From contig CAZQTD010000001.1 in the NCBI GenBank assembly GCA_964596355.1, positions 4,446 through 68,445 of the forward strand: a stretch of 64,000 nt of DNA, in the 5' to 3' direction. Below are positions 38,661-49,160 of this stretch, one piece after another. Source of the DNA: an uncultured Gammaproteobacteria bacterium (GTDB lineage: Bacteria > Patescibacteriota > Microgenomatia > UBA10105 > UBA927). The first letter of the stretch is position 1. Each line of letters starts with the position of its first letter. A program made the translations under genes and the position numbers. A model generated the notes under the pieces. The model was not told the DNA's origin, did not search any database, and saw only the letters and a program-made list of their open reading frames with translations.

Positions 38661-39365
38661 ATGGCCCAATCAAAGAAGCGTACGAGAAAATCACAAACCT
38701 CCAGGAAAAAAACCACCCATGAGTTGATTGATACCAAGACAGAAAATCTGCTGCCCTCGACCGTTGAGGAATTTTCTTCTCCTGCTGCCAAACCACCTAT
38801 CAGGTTCCACCATGTTGCGCTTTTCATTCTTCTGGTCGGCCTTACTGCAGTTTTTTTGACGAATAAGGGGTTGTTCGTCGCAGCGGTCGTCAACGGCAGG
38901 CCCATTTTCCGTTGGCAGATGAACAAGGTTTTGGTTTCGCGCTTTGGCAAGCAAACGGTAGAAAGCATGATTAGCGAAATGCTCATCGCAGACGCGGCGC
39001 GGGAGGCTGGCGTTTCTATTTCTCAAGGAGAGATTGACGGGAAAGTGTCGGAGCTTGTTAGCGCCATGGGCGGCGATGTTAACATCGACGAACTTCTGAC
39101 CTACCAGGGGATGACAAAGGAAGATTTTGAAAGCCAGATCCGCCTGCAACTTATGGTAGAAAAAGTGTTGACAAAGGACCTTGCCATTGCCGAGACGGAC
39201 ATTGACAATTACATCGCAACGAACCGTGCGCTTCTAGTGGCAACCGATGAAGCCGCTCTCCGCGCTGAAGCGCGGCAGGCCATTGTGAGTAAAACCGTCA
39301 GCGAAAAGCTCCAACCGTGGTTTTTGGAGCTTAAAGAGAAAGCCAAGATCCTGCGCTTCTTGTAG
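38661..39365 (+). CDS. SurA N-terminal-like chaperone domain protein
   Basis: TM then 'AAVVNGRPI', 'W..ELKEKAKI'; AGGAG RBS. Confidence 0.75.
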   Translation: MAQSKKRTRKSQTSRKKTTHELIDTKTENLLPSTVEEFSSPAAKPPIRFHHVALFILLVGLTAVFLTNKGLFVAAVVNGRPIFRWQMNKVLVSRFGKQTVESMISEMLIADAAREAGVSISQGEIDGKVSELVSAMGGDVNIDELLTYQGMTKEDFESQIRLQLMVEKVLTKDLAIAETDIDNYIATNRALLVATDEAALRAEARQAIVSKTVSEKLQPWFLELKEKAKILRFL

Positions 39366-39376
39366 AGCTGCGATTC

Positions 39377-40114
39377 ATGAAACCCGTGCTTTTTATCGTC
39401 CTTTTTATCGCTATTGTCATCGGTAGCGTGTTTGCGATAGAGTATTATGCGAGTCAGGCGCCGCCTATCGACGAACGGATAGCCGCTATCGGCCCAACCG
39501 GAGGCGCAAGCCTTACGCAGGAGGCAACGGAAGATGCTGCCCTTATGCAAACAACAACGACAACCGCAACACCAACGCCTGGTAAAAAGCAATACGCCGC
39601 GCCGCCGGCGATGACCATTGATGTTGCAAAAACATACACGGCGATCCTTACAACGAATAAAGGCACGATGAACGTCAAGCTGTTCGCAAGCGAGGCGCCG
39701 ATTACCGTCAACAATTTTGTATTCCTTGCTAAGGAGAAATTTTACGACAACACGCCGTTTCACCGGATTGTCCAAGGGTTCATGATCCAAGGAGGGGATC
39801 CGTTGGGTACGGGTGCAGGGAGCCCCGGGTATCGATTTAACGACGAGCCCATTACCCGAGACTACAAAAGGGGGACGCTTGCGATGGCTAATGCCGGCCC
39901 CAACACCAACGGCAGTCAATTCTTTATCATGCACGCAGACTACCCACTGCCCAAAAACTACGTGATTTTTGGCCAGATTGATGAACGTGACGAAGCGAGT
40001 CTTGCTACGCTCGATGCGATAGCAGCAACCCCCGTGGGCCTCAATAGTTCCGGTGAAAAAAGCAAACCCCTGGAAGCAGTTACCCTCCAATCTGTTACAA
40101 TAGAAGAACGATAG
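39377..40114 (+). CDS. Cyclophilin-type peptidyl-prolyl isomerase, membrane-anchored
   Basis: FHRIVQGFMIQGGDP, LAMANAGPNTNGSQFFI. Confidence 0.95.
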   Translation: MKPVLFIVLFIAIVIGSVFAIEYYASQAPPIDERIAAIGPTGGASLTQEATEDAALMQTTTTTATPTPGKKQYAAPPAMTIDVAKTYTAILTTNKGTMNVKLFASEAPITVNNFVFLAKEKFYDNTPFHRIVQGFMIQGGDPLGTGAGSPGYRFNDEPITRDYKRGTLAMANAGPNTNGSQFFIMHADYPLPKNYVIFGQIDERDEASLATLDAIAATPVGLNSSGEKSKPLEAVTLQSVTIEER

Positions 40115-40122
40115 CCAACGTA

Positions 40123-41160
40123 ATGCGCACGTGGAAAACGCTGAAACAAAATCCCGCGCTGTGGGAGCGCTACAATATTCGCGAGAAAGTGATCAAGGCC
40201 ACTCGCGCGTTTTTTGACGCTAACGGCTTTCATGAAGTAGAAACCCCGATCCTTATCGCCCGACCTCCCGCGGAAAGCTACGTTGACGTATTTGAAACGA
40301 CGCTTCTTGACCGCAGCGGGACCCCGCGTAAGGCATATTTATCGACATCGCCCGAAGTGTCGCTCAAAAAACTCATCGTCGCAGGACTTGGAAATTGCTA
40401 TACCCTGACTAAAAGCTTCCGCAACACAGAAATGCAAAGCCGTCTTCACAATCCGGAATTTACTATTCTGGAGTGGTACCGCGTGGGAGCTGATTACACG
40501 GCCATCATGCGTGATTGCGAAGCGTTGGTGCACTCAATTTATCGACGTCTTTGCAATGACACACCCTTTACGTATCAAGGGAAAAAGGTAGATTTATCTC
40601 CACCGTGGCAGAGGATGACTATTGCTGAAAGTTTTAGAGCGTACGCATCTTTAAACTTTGATGAATTTTTAGACATGGATAAAGCCAGAGATATTGCGGC
40701 AGCAAGAGGGTATACTGTAGAAGATCATTCCACCTGGGAACAGTTATATAATCAAATATTCCTCAACGACGTCGAGCCGAAACTTGGAAGAGGGAAGCCT
40801 GTTATCCTCTACGAATTTCCCGCGGCAATGGCGGCTCTTGCCCGCAAAAAGAAAAGCGATCCTAGATTTGCCGAGCGGTTTGAATTGTACGTTGAAGGAA
40901 TTGAACTGGGAGATGCCTATAGCGAGCTTACAGACGCCCAAGAACAAGACGCCCGGTTTCAAGAAGAAATGAAAACGCTCACGCGTTTGGGTAAAACGCT
41001 GTATGAATACGATCATGATTTTATCGACGCGTTGAAGGTGGGGTTGCCTCCGTGCGCAGGCATGGCCGTTGGGGTTGACCGACTGATTATGCTGTTTTCA
41101 GATGTCACGGACATTGCTGATACACTGTTTTTCCCTGTCGGCGATCTATTTGACCTATGA
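40123..41160 (+). CDS. epmA: EF-P lysine aminoacylase
   Basis: LysRS-like catalytic domain without the anticodon domain: YLSTSPE, FRN.E..HNPEFTILEWY, ERFELY, GVDRL; near efp. Confidence 0.9.
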   Translation: MRTWKTLKQNPALWERYNIREKVIKATRAFFDANGFHEVETPILIARPPAESYVDVFETTLLDRSGTPRKAYLSTSPEVSLKKLIVAGLGNCYTLTKSFRNTEMQSRLHNPEFTILEWYRVGADYTAIMRDCEALVHSIYRRLCNDTPFTYQGKKVDLSPPWQRMTIAESFRAYASLNFDEFLDMDKARDIAAARGYTVEDHSTWEQLYNQIFLNDVEPKLGRGKPVILYEFPAAMAALARKKKSDPRFAERFELYVEGIELGDAYSELTDAQEQDARFQEEMKTLTRLGKTLYEYDHDFIDALKVGLPPCAGMAVGVDRLIMLFSDVTDIADTLFFPVGDLFDL

Positions 41161-41861
41161 AGGTGTGCGCTATTCCCCTCGGGGTTACGGTTGTAGCCGT
41201 AACAAAAACATTTCCACCAGAGGTGATTGCTGAAGCATATGCGCTCGGATACCGCCACTTTGGCGAAAATTACGTACAAGAATTCGTGAACAAATATGAC
41301 AGCCTCCCAAAACAGATTAGAGCCAATGCGGTATGGCACATGATCGGCCACGTCCAGTCGCGGAAAGCCAGAGACGTGGTCCGGCTCTTTGACTGGGTGG
41401 ATTCGGTGGATAGTATTGAGCTTGCCCAAAAACTGCACAAAAACGCGCACGATATGGGAAAAACGCTCCACGTTCTTCTTCAGGTAAATATTACGGGCGA
41501 GCAGAGGAAGTCAGGATTTGATTTAACCAACTGGGAAAACGATACGGGCAAATTGAGTAATTTTCTATTGTTTATTGAGCAGGTGGTGTTGCGGAATCTT
41601 GTTGTTGCGGGGCTCATGGTGATGCCGCCGCTTGTGGCTCATGCCGAGGAGAACAGGAGCGTATTTCAATCGGCAAAACGATTGTTTGATCTGATAAAAC
41701 GGCGCGTTTCTAGTCCTCATTGGCAGCACCTTTCCATGGGAACGAGTCAAGACTATAGGGTTGCGATTGAGGAGGGTGCGACAATGGTTCGCCTCGGAGA
41801 GGCGATCTTTGGAAAACGAGCAGCCAAGTTGCCACCAGGTTCAATTCGTGGGATAATATGA
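41157..41861 (+). CDS. yggS: PLP homeostasis protein
   Basis: VAVTK, FGENYVQE, WHMIGHVQS, LSMGTSQDY..AIEEGATMVRLG. Confidence 0.93.
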   Translation: MKVCAIPLGVTVVAVTKTFPPEVIAEAYALGYRHFGENYVQEFVNKYDSLPKQIRANAVWHMIGHVQSRKARDVVRLFDWVDSVDSIELAQKLHKNAHDMGKTLHVLLQVNITGEQRKSGFDLTNWENDTGKLSNFLLFIEQVVLRNLVVAGLMVMPPLVAHAEENRSVFQSAKRLFDLIKRRVSSPHWQHLSMGTSQDYRVAIEEGATMVRLGEAIFGKRAAKLPPGSIRGII

Positions 41862-41930
41862 AGTGTTCCCGGCAGAAAACGGGAATGTTTGTTTTTGTTG
41901 CGTATCGCTTGGTATTTCATTTCATAGTTT

Positions 41931-42494
41931 ATGTCCGTTATCACTACCAGTCAGTTCCAAAAGGGAATGTTCATTGAATTTAGGGGCGAGCCGCACCAGA
42001 TTGTGGAGTTCCAGTTCGTCAACCCGGGTAAAGGAAGCGCGTTTGTGCGGACCAAGCTTAAAGCGCTCAAAACAGGCAAAGTTCAGGAATTTACGTATAA
42101 ATCCGGCGAATCAGTTGAGGAAGTGCCGGTTATTACTCGAGAGATGCAGTATCTCTATAACGAAGGCACCGCGTACGTGTTTATGGACAACCGAACGTAT
42201 GAGCAGTTTTCCGTTCCGGAATCCATGCTTGGCACCTACGTGAATTACCTTAGGGCTAATGACGTCTATCAGATATTGGTGCACAGTGATGAGGTTGTAG
42301 GCTTGCGCTTCCCAAAGAAGGTTCGTCTTGTAGTCACTGAAGCAGAAGAGGGCGCAAAAGGCAACACAGTAACCGGCGCAACCAAAACCGTGACTGTCGA
42401 AACTGGCGCGGTGGTTACTGTGCCGCTATTTATCAAAAAGGGCGACACCATTGCGGTCGACCCGGAAACAGGGACATACGTGGAGCGCGGGTAA
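41931..42494 (+). CDS. efp: Elongation factor P
   Basis: NPGKGSAFVR loop (Lys), VPLFI, G.YVER. Confidence 0.97.
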   Translation: MSVITTSQFQKGMFIEFRGEPHQIVEFQFVNPGKGSAFVRTKLKALKTGKVQEFTYKSGESVEEVPVITREMQYLYNEGTAYVFMDNRTYEQFSVPESMLGTYVNYLRANDVYQILVHSDEVVGLRFPKKVRLVVTEAEEGAKGNTVTGATKTVTVETGAVVTVPLFIKKGDTIAVDPETGTYVERG

Positions 42495-42510
42495 GTGCTA
42501 TACTGCGTTC

Positions 42511-43284
42511 ATGGAAGAAAAGCGAGTGGACCTCGCCCACGGGATGATTGCGTACCTTACGCACGGATCCGGCGCAACGATGCTGTTTTTCCACGGCGGA
42601 AGCGTCAACCCAAAGGCATACATCCCACTCATCGAACTTTTGGGACAGCACTGTTCAGTTGTCGCGCCTACTCACCCGGGGCACGGCACCTCGTTTAGAC
42701 TTCCCAAATCATGGACCATAGACGATTTTGTGACGACCTACAGAGAATTTCTTGCGGTTTTGAACCTTGAGCCTTCGGTCGTGGTCGGTCATTCTTTTGG
42801 GGGCATGCTGGCGCTTCTTTTGGCCGCTCGTGGCATAGGCGATCGAATCATTGTATTTGATCCGTGCGGCCTGCCGTTTTCTCTGACGCCAAAAGCATAC
42901 CTTGCCGCCAAAAAGCGCGAAGCGCAGGAGCTTTTATCGTATGCCAATGACATACAGCGAGTGCACGAAACACTTTCCGCCGCCGGTGTTCTTTTATATA
43001 CCGTCATCAGGCGGTTTGACGACATTGCGTTTCTTGCCAAACGCATTCCCAAGGCAGATATCAGTAACGATCTGGCAACCGTCCGTCAACCCGTGCATAT
43101 ATTCTGGGGGAAAGACGACGGCATCGTGCCGCTGTCAATAGGGAAGAGAATGCGCGCACTGCTGAAAAACGCGACACTTGTGACGTTCCCTAACCGAGGC
43201 CACACATATCCGGTAACAGATCCGGTGTTTACGTATAACCAGCTTATGCCACTGATACGAGATAATGATACCGTGCACCCATGA
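42511..43284 (+). CDS. Alpha/beta hydrolase
   Basis: FFHGG, GHSFGG, WGKDD, GH. Confidence 0.88.
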   Translation: MEEKRVDLAHGMIAYLTHGSGATMLFFHGGSVNPKAYIPLIELLGQHCSVVAPTHPGHGTSFRLPKSWTIDDFVTTYREFLAVLNLEPSVVVGHSFGGMLALLLAARGIGDRIIVFDPCGLPFSLTPKAYLAAKKREAQELLSYANDIQRVHETLSAAGVLLYTVIRRFDDIAFLAKRIPKADISNDLATVRQPVHIFWGKDDGIVPLSIGKRMRALLKNATLVTFPNRGHTYPVTDPVFTYNQLMPLIRDNDTVHP

Positions 43285-43817
43285 AGCGGCTGTTTTTGAT
43301 CGCAGCAATTATTCTTAGTGGACTTGCTTCGACGCTCGTTGGATTGCCGGTCAAGAACAGTCGGTTACCAACGTTCGATATTGGGCGCGACGGGCAAATC
43401 ACTGCATCGGCTGAAGAAAATACTTCTGTGGCGGTTTCCCGCGTCATTGACGGCGACACGATTGAAATAGAAGGAGGCGCGGTTGTCCGCTATATTGGCG
43501 TGGATGCGCCGGAACTGCATGACGTGCGACCGCAAGGGGAATGTTTTGGCAGGGAAGCAAAAGACGCAAATAAAGCGCTCGTGGAAGGACAGCTAGTGCG
43601 GCTTGAGAAGGATGTTTCTGACGCAGACCGCTACGGCAGACTGCTTCGGTATGTGTATGTCGGCGGCAGTATGGTTAATGAGAAGCTCGTGCAAACCGGT
43701 GTTGCGCGCGCGGCCACAGTTCCTCCGGATGTGCGGTACGCCGAGCGGTTCGTCGGTGCCGAGCAAACCGCCAGAGAGCAGAATCTGGGATTGTGGGCAG
43801 GGTGCCCCCATATGTAA
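43281..43817 (+). CDS. Thermonuclease (SNase) family protein
   Basis: VIDGDT, GVDAPE, DRYGRLLRYV, GLW. Confidence 0.92.
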   Translation: MKRLFLIAAIILSGLASTLVGLPVKNSRLPTFDIGRDGQITASAEENTSVAVSRVIDGDTIEIEGGAVVRYIGVDAPELHDVRPQGECFGREAKDANKALVEGQLVRLEKDVSDADRYGRLLRYVYVGGSMVNEKLVQTGVARAATVPPDVRYAERFVGAEQTAREQNLGLWAGCPHM

Positions 43818-43891
43818 TCGATGCACACGTAAATCTACACACCTACAACGGATGGGTGAAACGCAATGGACAATACGATACACTAGACGAT

Positions 43892-45076
43892 ATGAAGATA
43901 TGCCTGCTTGCGTTCAAGCATCGCTCCATACCCCACGTATTGTTTGCTCTGTTCATCGCGGTCCTTGTTTTTTCTGTAACGACTACCTACGTTGTTGATT
44001 CCATTGAGGTAGTGAAGCAGAAGTTAAGCGACAAAGACCGACTGGAAGTGCAGGTTGCACAAATAGCGAAAGACCTCGCTGAACTGAAAAATCAGGATCA
44101 GTACAAAGTAAATCAGAAATTGAGTGCTGATATTAAACAAATCGAATCAACGTACACGAAGGCAGTTGACGCGTATGAAGACCTGTTAAAACTCAAAGAG
44201 GTAAGCAGCGATACGAAAACGTTTGATGAGGCGTTCACCGACATTTTGACTCTCCTTTCTAAGCAAAACTATGCATCGGCAGCCAGCGCGCTTGCCGCAC
44301 TGACAAACGGCATTGCAGGAGAGCGCGAGAAGCTCGCAGCGCGTTTTGTCATCCCGCAGAATGTGCCGGCAAACAACGCGCCGCCGGGGGTGGGTTTTAG
44401 CCGACAGGCGGTCAATGCCGAGGGGACGACGTATCTGGTGGACATTGTTGCCGGAGATTTGGGGAGTACGAAGGTAATCGTCGATACCGCATCGGAGGGA
44501 GACTGTAGGAACGATTGTCCTGTTCTTCCGCTTGCCGACTACGTGTCGCGAAACGGCGCGTATGCCGGAATCAACGGTTCGTACTTTTGTCCGGCTGCCT
44601 ACCCCAGCTGTCAGGATAAGAAAAATTCCTTTGATACGCTTCTTATGAACAAAAACAAGCGCTACTTCAACTCTGATAATAACGTCTACAGCACCGTACC
44701 TGCGGTCATTTTTGGCGGAAGCTGGATACGCTTTGTTGGCAGATCGCTTGACTGGGGCAGAGATACGGGGATTGACAGCATGATCGCCAATCAGCCGCTT
44801 CTTGTGTCCGGCAACTCTGTTGTGTTTGGCGGCGACGGCGATCCGAAAAAGGGGAGCAAAGGCAGCCGCAGCTTTGTTGCGAACCGCGGAAACACGGTCT
44901 ATATCGGCGTCGTCCACAACGCGACAGTGGCTGAAAGCGCGAGAGTTATGAAGGCGTTGGGCATGGAAAATGCATTAAACCTCGACAGCGGCGGATCGAC
45001 TGCTCTCTGGAGCGGGGGGTACAAAGTCGGCCCGGGCAGAAGCATCCCAAATGCAATTTTGTTTGTCAGACGTTGA
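43892..45076 (+). CDS. Phosphodiester glycosidase (NAGPA/DUF2233) family protein with coiled-coil stalk
   Basis: GINGSYF, ALNLDSGGSTAL, R.IPNAI. Confidence 0.82.
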   Translation: MKICLLAFKHRSIPHVLFALFIAVLVFSVTTTYVVDSIEVVKQKLSDKDRLEVQVAQIAKDLAELKNQDQYKVNQKLSADIKQIESTYTKAVDAYEDLLKLKEVSSDTKTFDEAFTDILTLLSKQNYASAASALAALTNGIAGEREKLAARFVIPQNVPANNAPPGVGFSRQAVNAEGTTYLVDIVAGDLGSTKVIVDTASEGDCRNDCPVLPLADYVSRNGAYAGINGSYFCPAAYPSCQDKKNSFDTLLMNKNKRYFNSDNNVYSTVPAVIFGGSWIRFVGRSLDWGRDTGIDSMIANQPLLVSGNSVVFGGDGDPKKGSKGSRSFVANRGNTVYIGVVHNATVAESARVMKALGMENALNLDSGGSTALWSGGYKVGPGRSIPNAILFVRR

Positions 45077-45152
45077 CTTGGCAGTTTCTGTGTCAGACAG
45101 GGAAGCACTGGGAAGATTGACAATACCAATGAAGCAATGGAACAATAAAACC

Positions 45153-46022
45153 ATGGATAATGCGAGGATTACCACAGAAGACCTGTACGGCACCTCGTCA
45201 GGCGAGGGCCAAAAGCCTTTAGAGTACAAGGAGACGCCGGAGGTTCCCATGACAACCGGTGAACCGACCACGTCCGTAGAGCAGAATTCTGTAGGCGGCG
45301 CCGTTTCAAAACAACGGCAGGCGTCGTTTCCAAAAACGCTCGGCGGCATTGTTATTTTTGGCCTGTTGTTCGCGTTTGGCGTTTGGCTTTCAAGCAGTAT
45401 TCGGAGTGTCATTACGCCAAGCGATGGAACACAGTCTCAAGTTGCACAACGAGAAGAAATGTTGGACTCACTCGAACAGCCAGAGGAAGAAACGCTGTCG
45501 GGCGGTTCTGCGGCGAACTGGAAGACATATTCGATGGGAAGCGGTATTTTCCTCCGATTGCCGCCAAACGTCCTTGCGCCAATTTGTGATAACGCACAGT
45601 GCGCATCACGGGGGACATATTTGCCCGGGGGGACGCGATTCACCGCTGCACTGCGCGGCAGCGGTCAGGCCCTGCGAGACTTTCGCGGGAGCGCAATTGC
45701 CGACGCCAACGGCACCGCGTTTGTCACAAACGACACGACAATTCAAGGACGCAAGGCCGTGGAATTTACCGGCTCGTTCACTGGCACTACCGTCGGCGGC
45801 TATGCTTTTTCGCGGATGCGCGGCGTTATGATTGCTATCAATGAGACAATGTCACTGGAGGTTAACCATTTTACCCCCAGCGGAATCACGGCTGATTTTG
45901 ATGCCGACGATGCGCTGTTTGATCAGATTCTTGAATCGATTGTGCTTAGCGGCTATCCGCAATCCAACAAAGAGGAGCTGTCAATGACTCCAGCGGCACA
46001 GGCAACACCTTCGGGATACTAA
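45153..46022 (+). CDS. Single-TM hypothetical protein
   Basis: Low-complexity N-terminus, TM, 'WKTY', 'FDQILESI'. Confidence 0.7.
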   Translation: MDNARITTEDLYGTSSGEGQKPLEYKETPEVPMTTGEPTTSVEQNSVGGAVSKQRQASFPKTLGGIVIFGLLFAFGVWLSSSIRSVITPSDGTQSQVAQREEMLDSLEQPEEETLSGGSAANWKTYSMGSGIFLRLPPNVLAPICDNAQCASRGTYLPGGTRFTAALRGSGQALRDFRGSAIADANGTAFVTNDTTIQGRKAVEFTGSFTGTTVGGYAFSRMRGVMIAINETMSLEVNHFTPSGITADFDADDALFDQILESIVLSGYPQSNKEELSMTPAAQATPSGY

Positions 46023-46059
46023 AACGACCAGTAGCATAATGCGATCTTGGTGCGTGAAT

Positions 46060-48291
46060 CTACGGCCACGGGGAAACAATCAGAAGGTCCGTTGTCTGTT
46101 TCGGCAGTTTGCCCCAGAGCTCTTCAGTCACAAACGGCATGAATGGGTGGGTGAGCTTGAGAATTGTTAAAAATACGTGATGAACAACAGCGAGCGTTTG
46201 GAGATCGCCGGATTTGAATCGTTCTTTGTTTTTTTCAAGATGCACGTCGGCTAACCGGTGCCAAGTAAATGCGTAAATTCGCTGTGCGGCGTCCGAGTAG
46301 CGATAGGTTTCCATGCAGTGCGTCACTGCCGCTTTCATCATGTTGAGCTCTGTAATAATTCGCTGGTCAAAGGGGTTGGTAAGTTTCTTATGCAGTGCTT
46401 CATCATAAAAAACAAATTGTTTCATTGTTGCATTGTTGCATTGCGCAATGGCTAATGTGATAAATCTGCCGATATTCCAGAGTTTATTGGCGAAATTTCT
46501 CATGCCTCGGATTTTATCTTCTGACAGCGATTGGTCATGGCCTGCAGCCGTGCCGAATACGAGCGCCATGCGAAGCGCATCTGCCCCGTATTTGTTGATC
46601 ATCTCAAGCGGATTGATCACATTCCCTTTGCTTTTGCTCATTTTCTTGCCTTTAGCGTCGCGAACAAGTCCGTGGAGGTAAACGGTTTTAAAAGGCACGT
46701 TTGAGGTCATGTACAGCCCTAGAAAGGCCATACGACATACCCACCATGGCAAAATATCATATCCAGTCTCCATGACGCTCGTGGGGTAGAAGCGTGCGAA
46801 GTCGGATGGTGCGTTTTTTTCTTCTGAATTTGAGCTGTGGAAGTTCATATTGGAAGTGTCGCCTTGTGCAAGCAGCGTGGCGAAGGGCCACTGGCCGCTG
46901 CTAAACCACGTGTCAAACGTGTCGGGGTCTTGGACAAGGTTGGATCCGCCGCACGATGGACACGAGGCGGGAGTTTCTCCTTCGGTAACAATCCATTGTT
47001 GATTGGTTGTGCAGTCTTTGCATTGCCAAGCAGGAATTCTTATACCCCAGACGAGCTGCCTTGAAATGTTCCAGTCGTGAAACTCCGTAAGCCAGCGGAT
47101 GGCGGCCTTTTCAAAACGCTTGGGGATAAACGTGATTTTTTTATCTTTTATTGCTTGTATTGCTTTATTTGCTAACGGCTTCACCCGAACGTACCACTGG
47201 GGAAGAGGGAGAGGTTCAAGGACCGACCCGCATTTGTAGCATGTTGAAACAGTGTGGGTATAACTGTTGTCGACATGGTCCAAGAGCCCGTTCGCTTTAA
47301 GGTCCGCGACGACTTTTTCGCGTGCAGCCTTCACCTTCAGCCCTGCGTACGGGCCGCATAAATCCGTCAGCCTGCCGTCAAAACCGATTACCTGCTTCAT
47401 GGGCAAGTTATGGCGTTTGGCAATGTCAAAATCCGTTTGATCGTGGGCAGGCGTCACTTTGGTAACTCCTGTGCCGAATTTCGGATCAATCACCGGATCA
47501 GCGATCACGTTCACGCTGAATGGACCGATGAGACCTTGAACTTCTATTTTCTTGCCCACCCACTGTTTATACCGCTTGTCTTTGGGATTGACAGCAACAG
47601 CGGTATCGCCGAACTTGGTTTCCGGCCGCACGGTTGCAAGCACAAACGGGCCGTATTTTATGTAGTAGAGAGGGTCGGTTTGCTCCACGTGCTTGACTTC
47701 AAGATCAGAAAATCCGGTGCCGCACGTGGTGCAGTAGTTGACGAGGCGTGCGTCGCGGTATATCAAGCCATCATCATACAATTTCTTAAATGTTTTGTAG
47801 ACGATTGCAACGATTTTCGGATCCAAAGTAAAGACGTTCCGCGACCAGTCCAGAGAAAATCCGAGCCTGCGCAGCTGATTTTCCATGGTGCCGCGGTTTT
47901 GTTGCACAAAATCCCAGATCATTTTGTAGAGCGTCTCGCGGTCAAAATCAAAGCGGCTTTTGCCTTGTTTTTGCAGCTGTTTTTCAAAGACGTACTGTGT
48001 CTCAAACCCCGCGTGGTCTGCGCCGGGAAGCCACAGCGTTGGGTCGCCCTTCATCCGGTGGTAGCGCACCATGATGTCCTCGATGACGTACATTGCGTGT
48101 CCCAAGTGAAGATCGGCATTGGCGTTGGGGGGAGGGAGGATGACAGTGAAGGGCGCATTGGTGCCCACAGAGGTCAGCTCTTCGGGATTTTTAAGGCCTG
48201 AACTTGGCTTTTTTGGTTGAAAATAGCCGCCAGTTTCCCAGCATTTATAGATTTCCTCTTCCACCGCTTTTGGATCGTACGTCTTGTTCAT
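46060..48291 (-). CDS. valS: Valine--tRNA ligase (lacks the C-terminal coiled coil)
   Basis: PPPN..HLGH, DWNISRQL.WG, DTWFSS, KMSKS. Confidence 0.96.
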   Translation of the reverse strand: MNKTYDPKAVEEEIYKCWETGGYFQPKKPSSGLKNPEELTSVGTNAPFTVILPPPNANADLHLGHAMYVIEDIMVRYHRMKGDPTLWLPGADHAGFETQYVFEKQLQKQGKSRFDFDRETLYKMIWDFVQQNRGTMENQLRRLGFSLDWSRNVFTLDPKIVAIVYKTFKKLYDDGLIYRDARLVNYCTTCGTGFSDLEVKHVEQTDPLYYIKYGPFVLATVRPETKFGDTAVAVNPKDKRYKQWVGKKIEVQGLIGPFSVNVIADPVIDPKFGTGVTKVTPAHDQTDFDIAKRHNLPMKQVIGFDGRLTDLCGPYAGLKVKAAREKVVADLKANGLLDHVDNSYTHTVSTCYKCGSVLEPLPLPQWYVRVKPLANKAIQAIKDKKITFIPKRFEKAAIRWLTEFHDWNISRQLVWGIRIPAWQCKDCTTNQQWIVTEGETPASCPSCGGSNLVQDPDTFDTWFSSGQWPFATLLAQGDTSNMNFHSSNSEEKNAPSDFARFYPTSVMETGYDILPWWVCRMAFLGLYMTSNVPFKTVYLHGLVRDAKGKKMSKSKGNVINPLEMINKYGADALRMALVFGTAAGHDQSLSEDKIRGMRNFANKLWNIGRFITLAIAQCNNATMKQFVFYDEALHKKLTNPFDQRIITELNMMKAAVTHCMETYRYSDAAQRIYAFTWHRLADVHLEKNKERFKSGDLQTLAVVHHVFLTILKLTHPFMPFVTEELWGKLPKQTTDLLIVSPWP

Positions 48292-48480
48292 GAGGGTATT
48301 GTACGTCAGATGAGTGAGCAGGATCAACCGGAATTAGTAGCGCGCGGAACAGGTTTGTCAAGCACTGGCGTGCTGTTAGACGAACGCTGGGCGAATGGCA
48401 GACGTTACTCAAGGTGAAAATGTATAATCCACTTGCTGCAGCTTGCGGTTTATACATTTTCTCTGAAGTGTGTGAATGGG

Positions 48481-48770
48481 TTACGGAAGCACAGATTTGA
48501 GGTAGGCTTCCACTCCTTTTTCAAGGAATGCCTTGATTCCCTCGACAGTATAGGATTTTTTGAGAAATATCGTGTCAACAATTTTTTATATCATCAAAAT
48601 GCGTGAGTTGTCCCCAAAAAAGCTTCGCATTACATTCGCCCATCCGCCAAGCGCCTCGGCGCCCATGGCAAACACTTTGCGTATTTCACGGTCGTCCAAA
48701 TGAATGATGGGGACAGAATCGGTTATGTTATTTGCTGGTGAAGCTGCGCATAAAGGAGGTACACAACAAT
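48481..48770 (-). pseudogene. Possible decayed receiver-like ORF
   Basis: Manual translation ...PIIHLDDREIRKVFAMGAEALG...MI*KIVDTIFLKKSYTVEGIKAFL...* with an internal TAA and no clear start. Confidence 0.25.
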
Positions 48771-48861
48771 CAATTCACTATAGACAGTCTGTTGAACACG
48801 TTCAAAAAGCCGTAGTCATCCGGGGTCAGAATAACGATCAGGATCATTCGCTGGGATAAGA

Positions 48862-49152
48862 TTATTGAGTGTCTCCACCGAGATCGTTCATGACACTTTT
48901 AATAAGTGAAATTACGCGGTCGGCAAATAGTTGAGGGTCAGTGTTTAGCTCGATTGCGACTTTTTGTATATTGGATGCAAGCATTTGAAGTGCGCGTTCA
49001 GTTTCAGGAGATGGAGGGTTTTGGGCAATGCCAAAAAACAACGTGGCCAGGAGGTGTGCCCGCCGTTCACATTCGGGGAATCGGGGATTCCCAAGACAGG
49101 ACGATCGACGACAGGGATCTTCAGTGATGGGACAGCGGATTGGCTCACGCAT
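48862..49152 (-). CDS. Small hypothetical protein with Cys-rich N-terminus
   Basis: 96-aa ORF 8 nt downstream of the recombinase; CPITEDPC..SC...C. Confidence 0.5.
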   Translation of the reverse strand: MREPIRCPITEDPCRRSSCLGNPRFPECERRAHLLATLFFGIAQNPPSPETERALQMLASNIQKVAIELNTDPQLFADRVISLIKSVMNDLGGDTQ

Positions 49153-49160
49153 GAGCGAAA

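Noticed and set aside
39209-40090. Long antisense ORFs (also 25393-26151, 44186-44917, 47410-48201)
   Set aside because: Shadows of well-supported genes on the opposite strand; no motifs
46060-46200. valS as a truncated pseudogene
   Set aside because: Catalytic and anticodon-binding regions are intact and it ends cleanly at 'SPWP'; loss of only the C-terminal coiled coil is compatible with function
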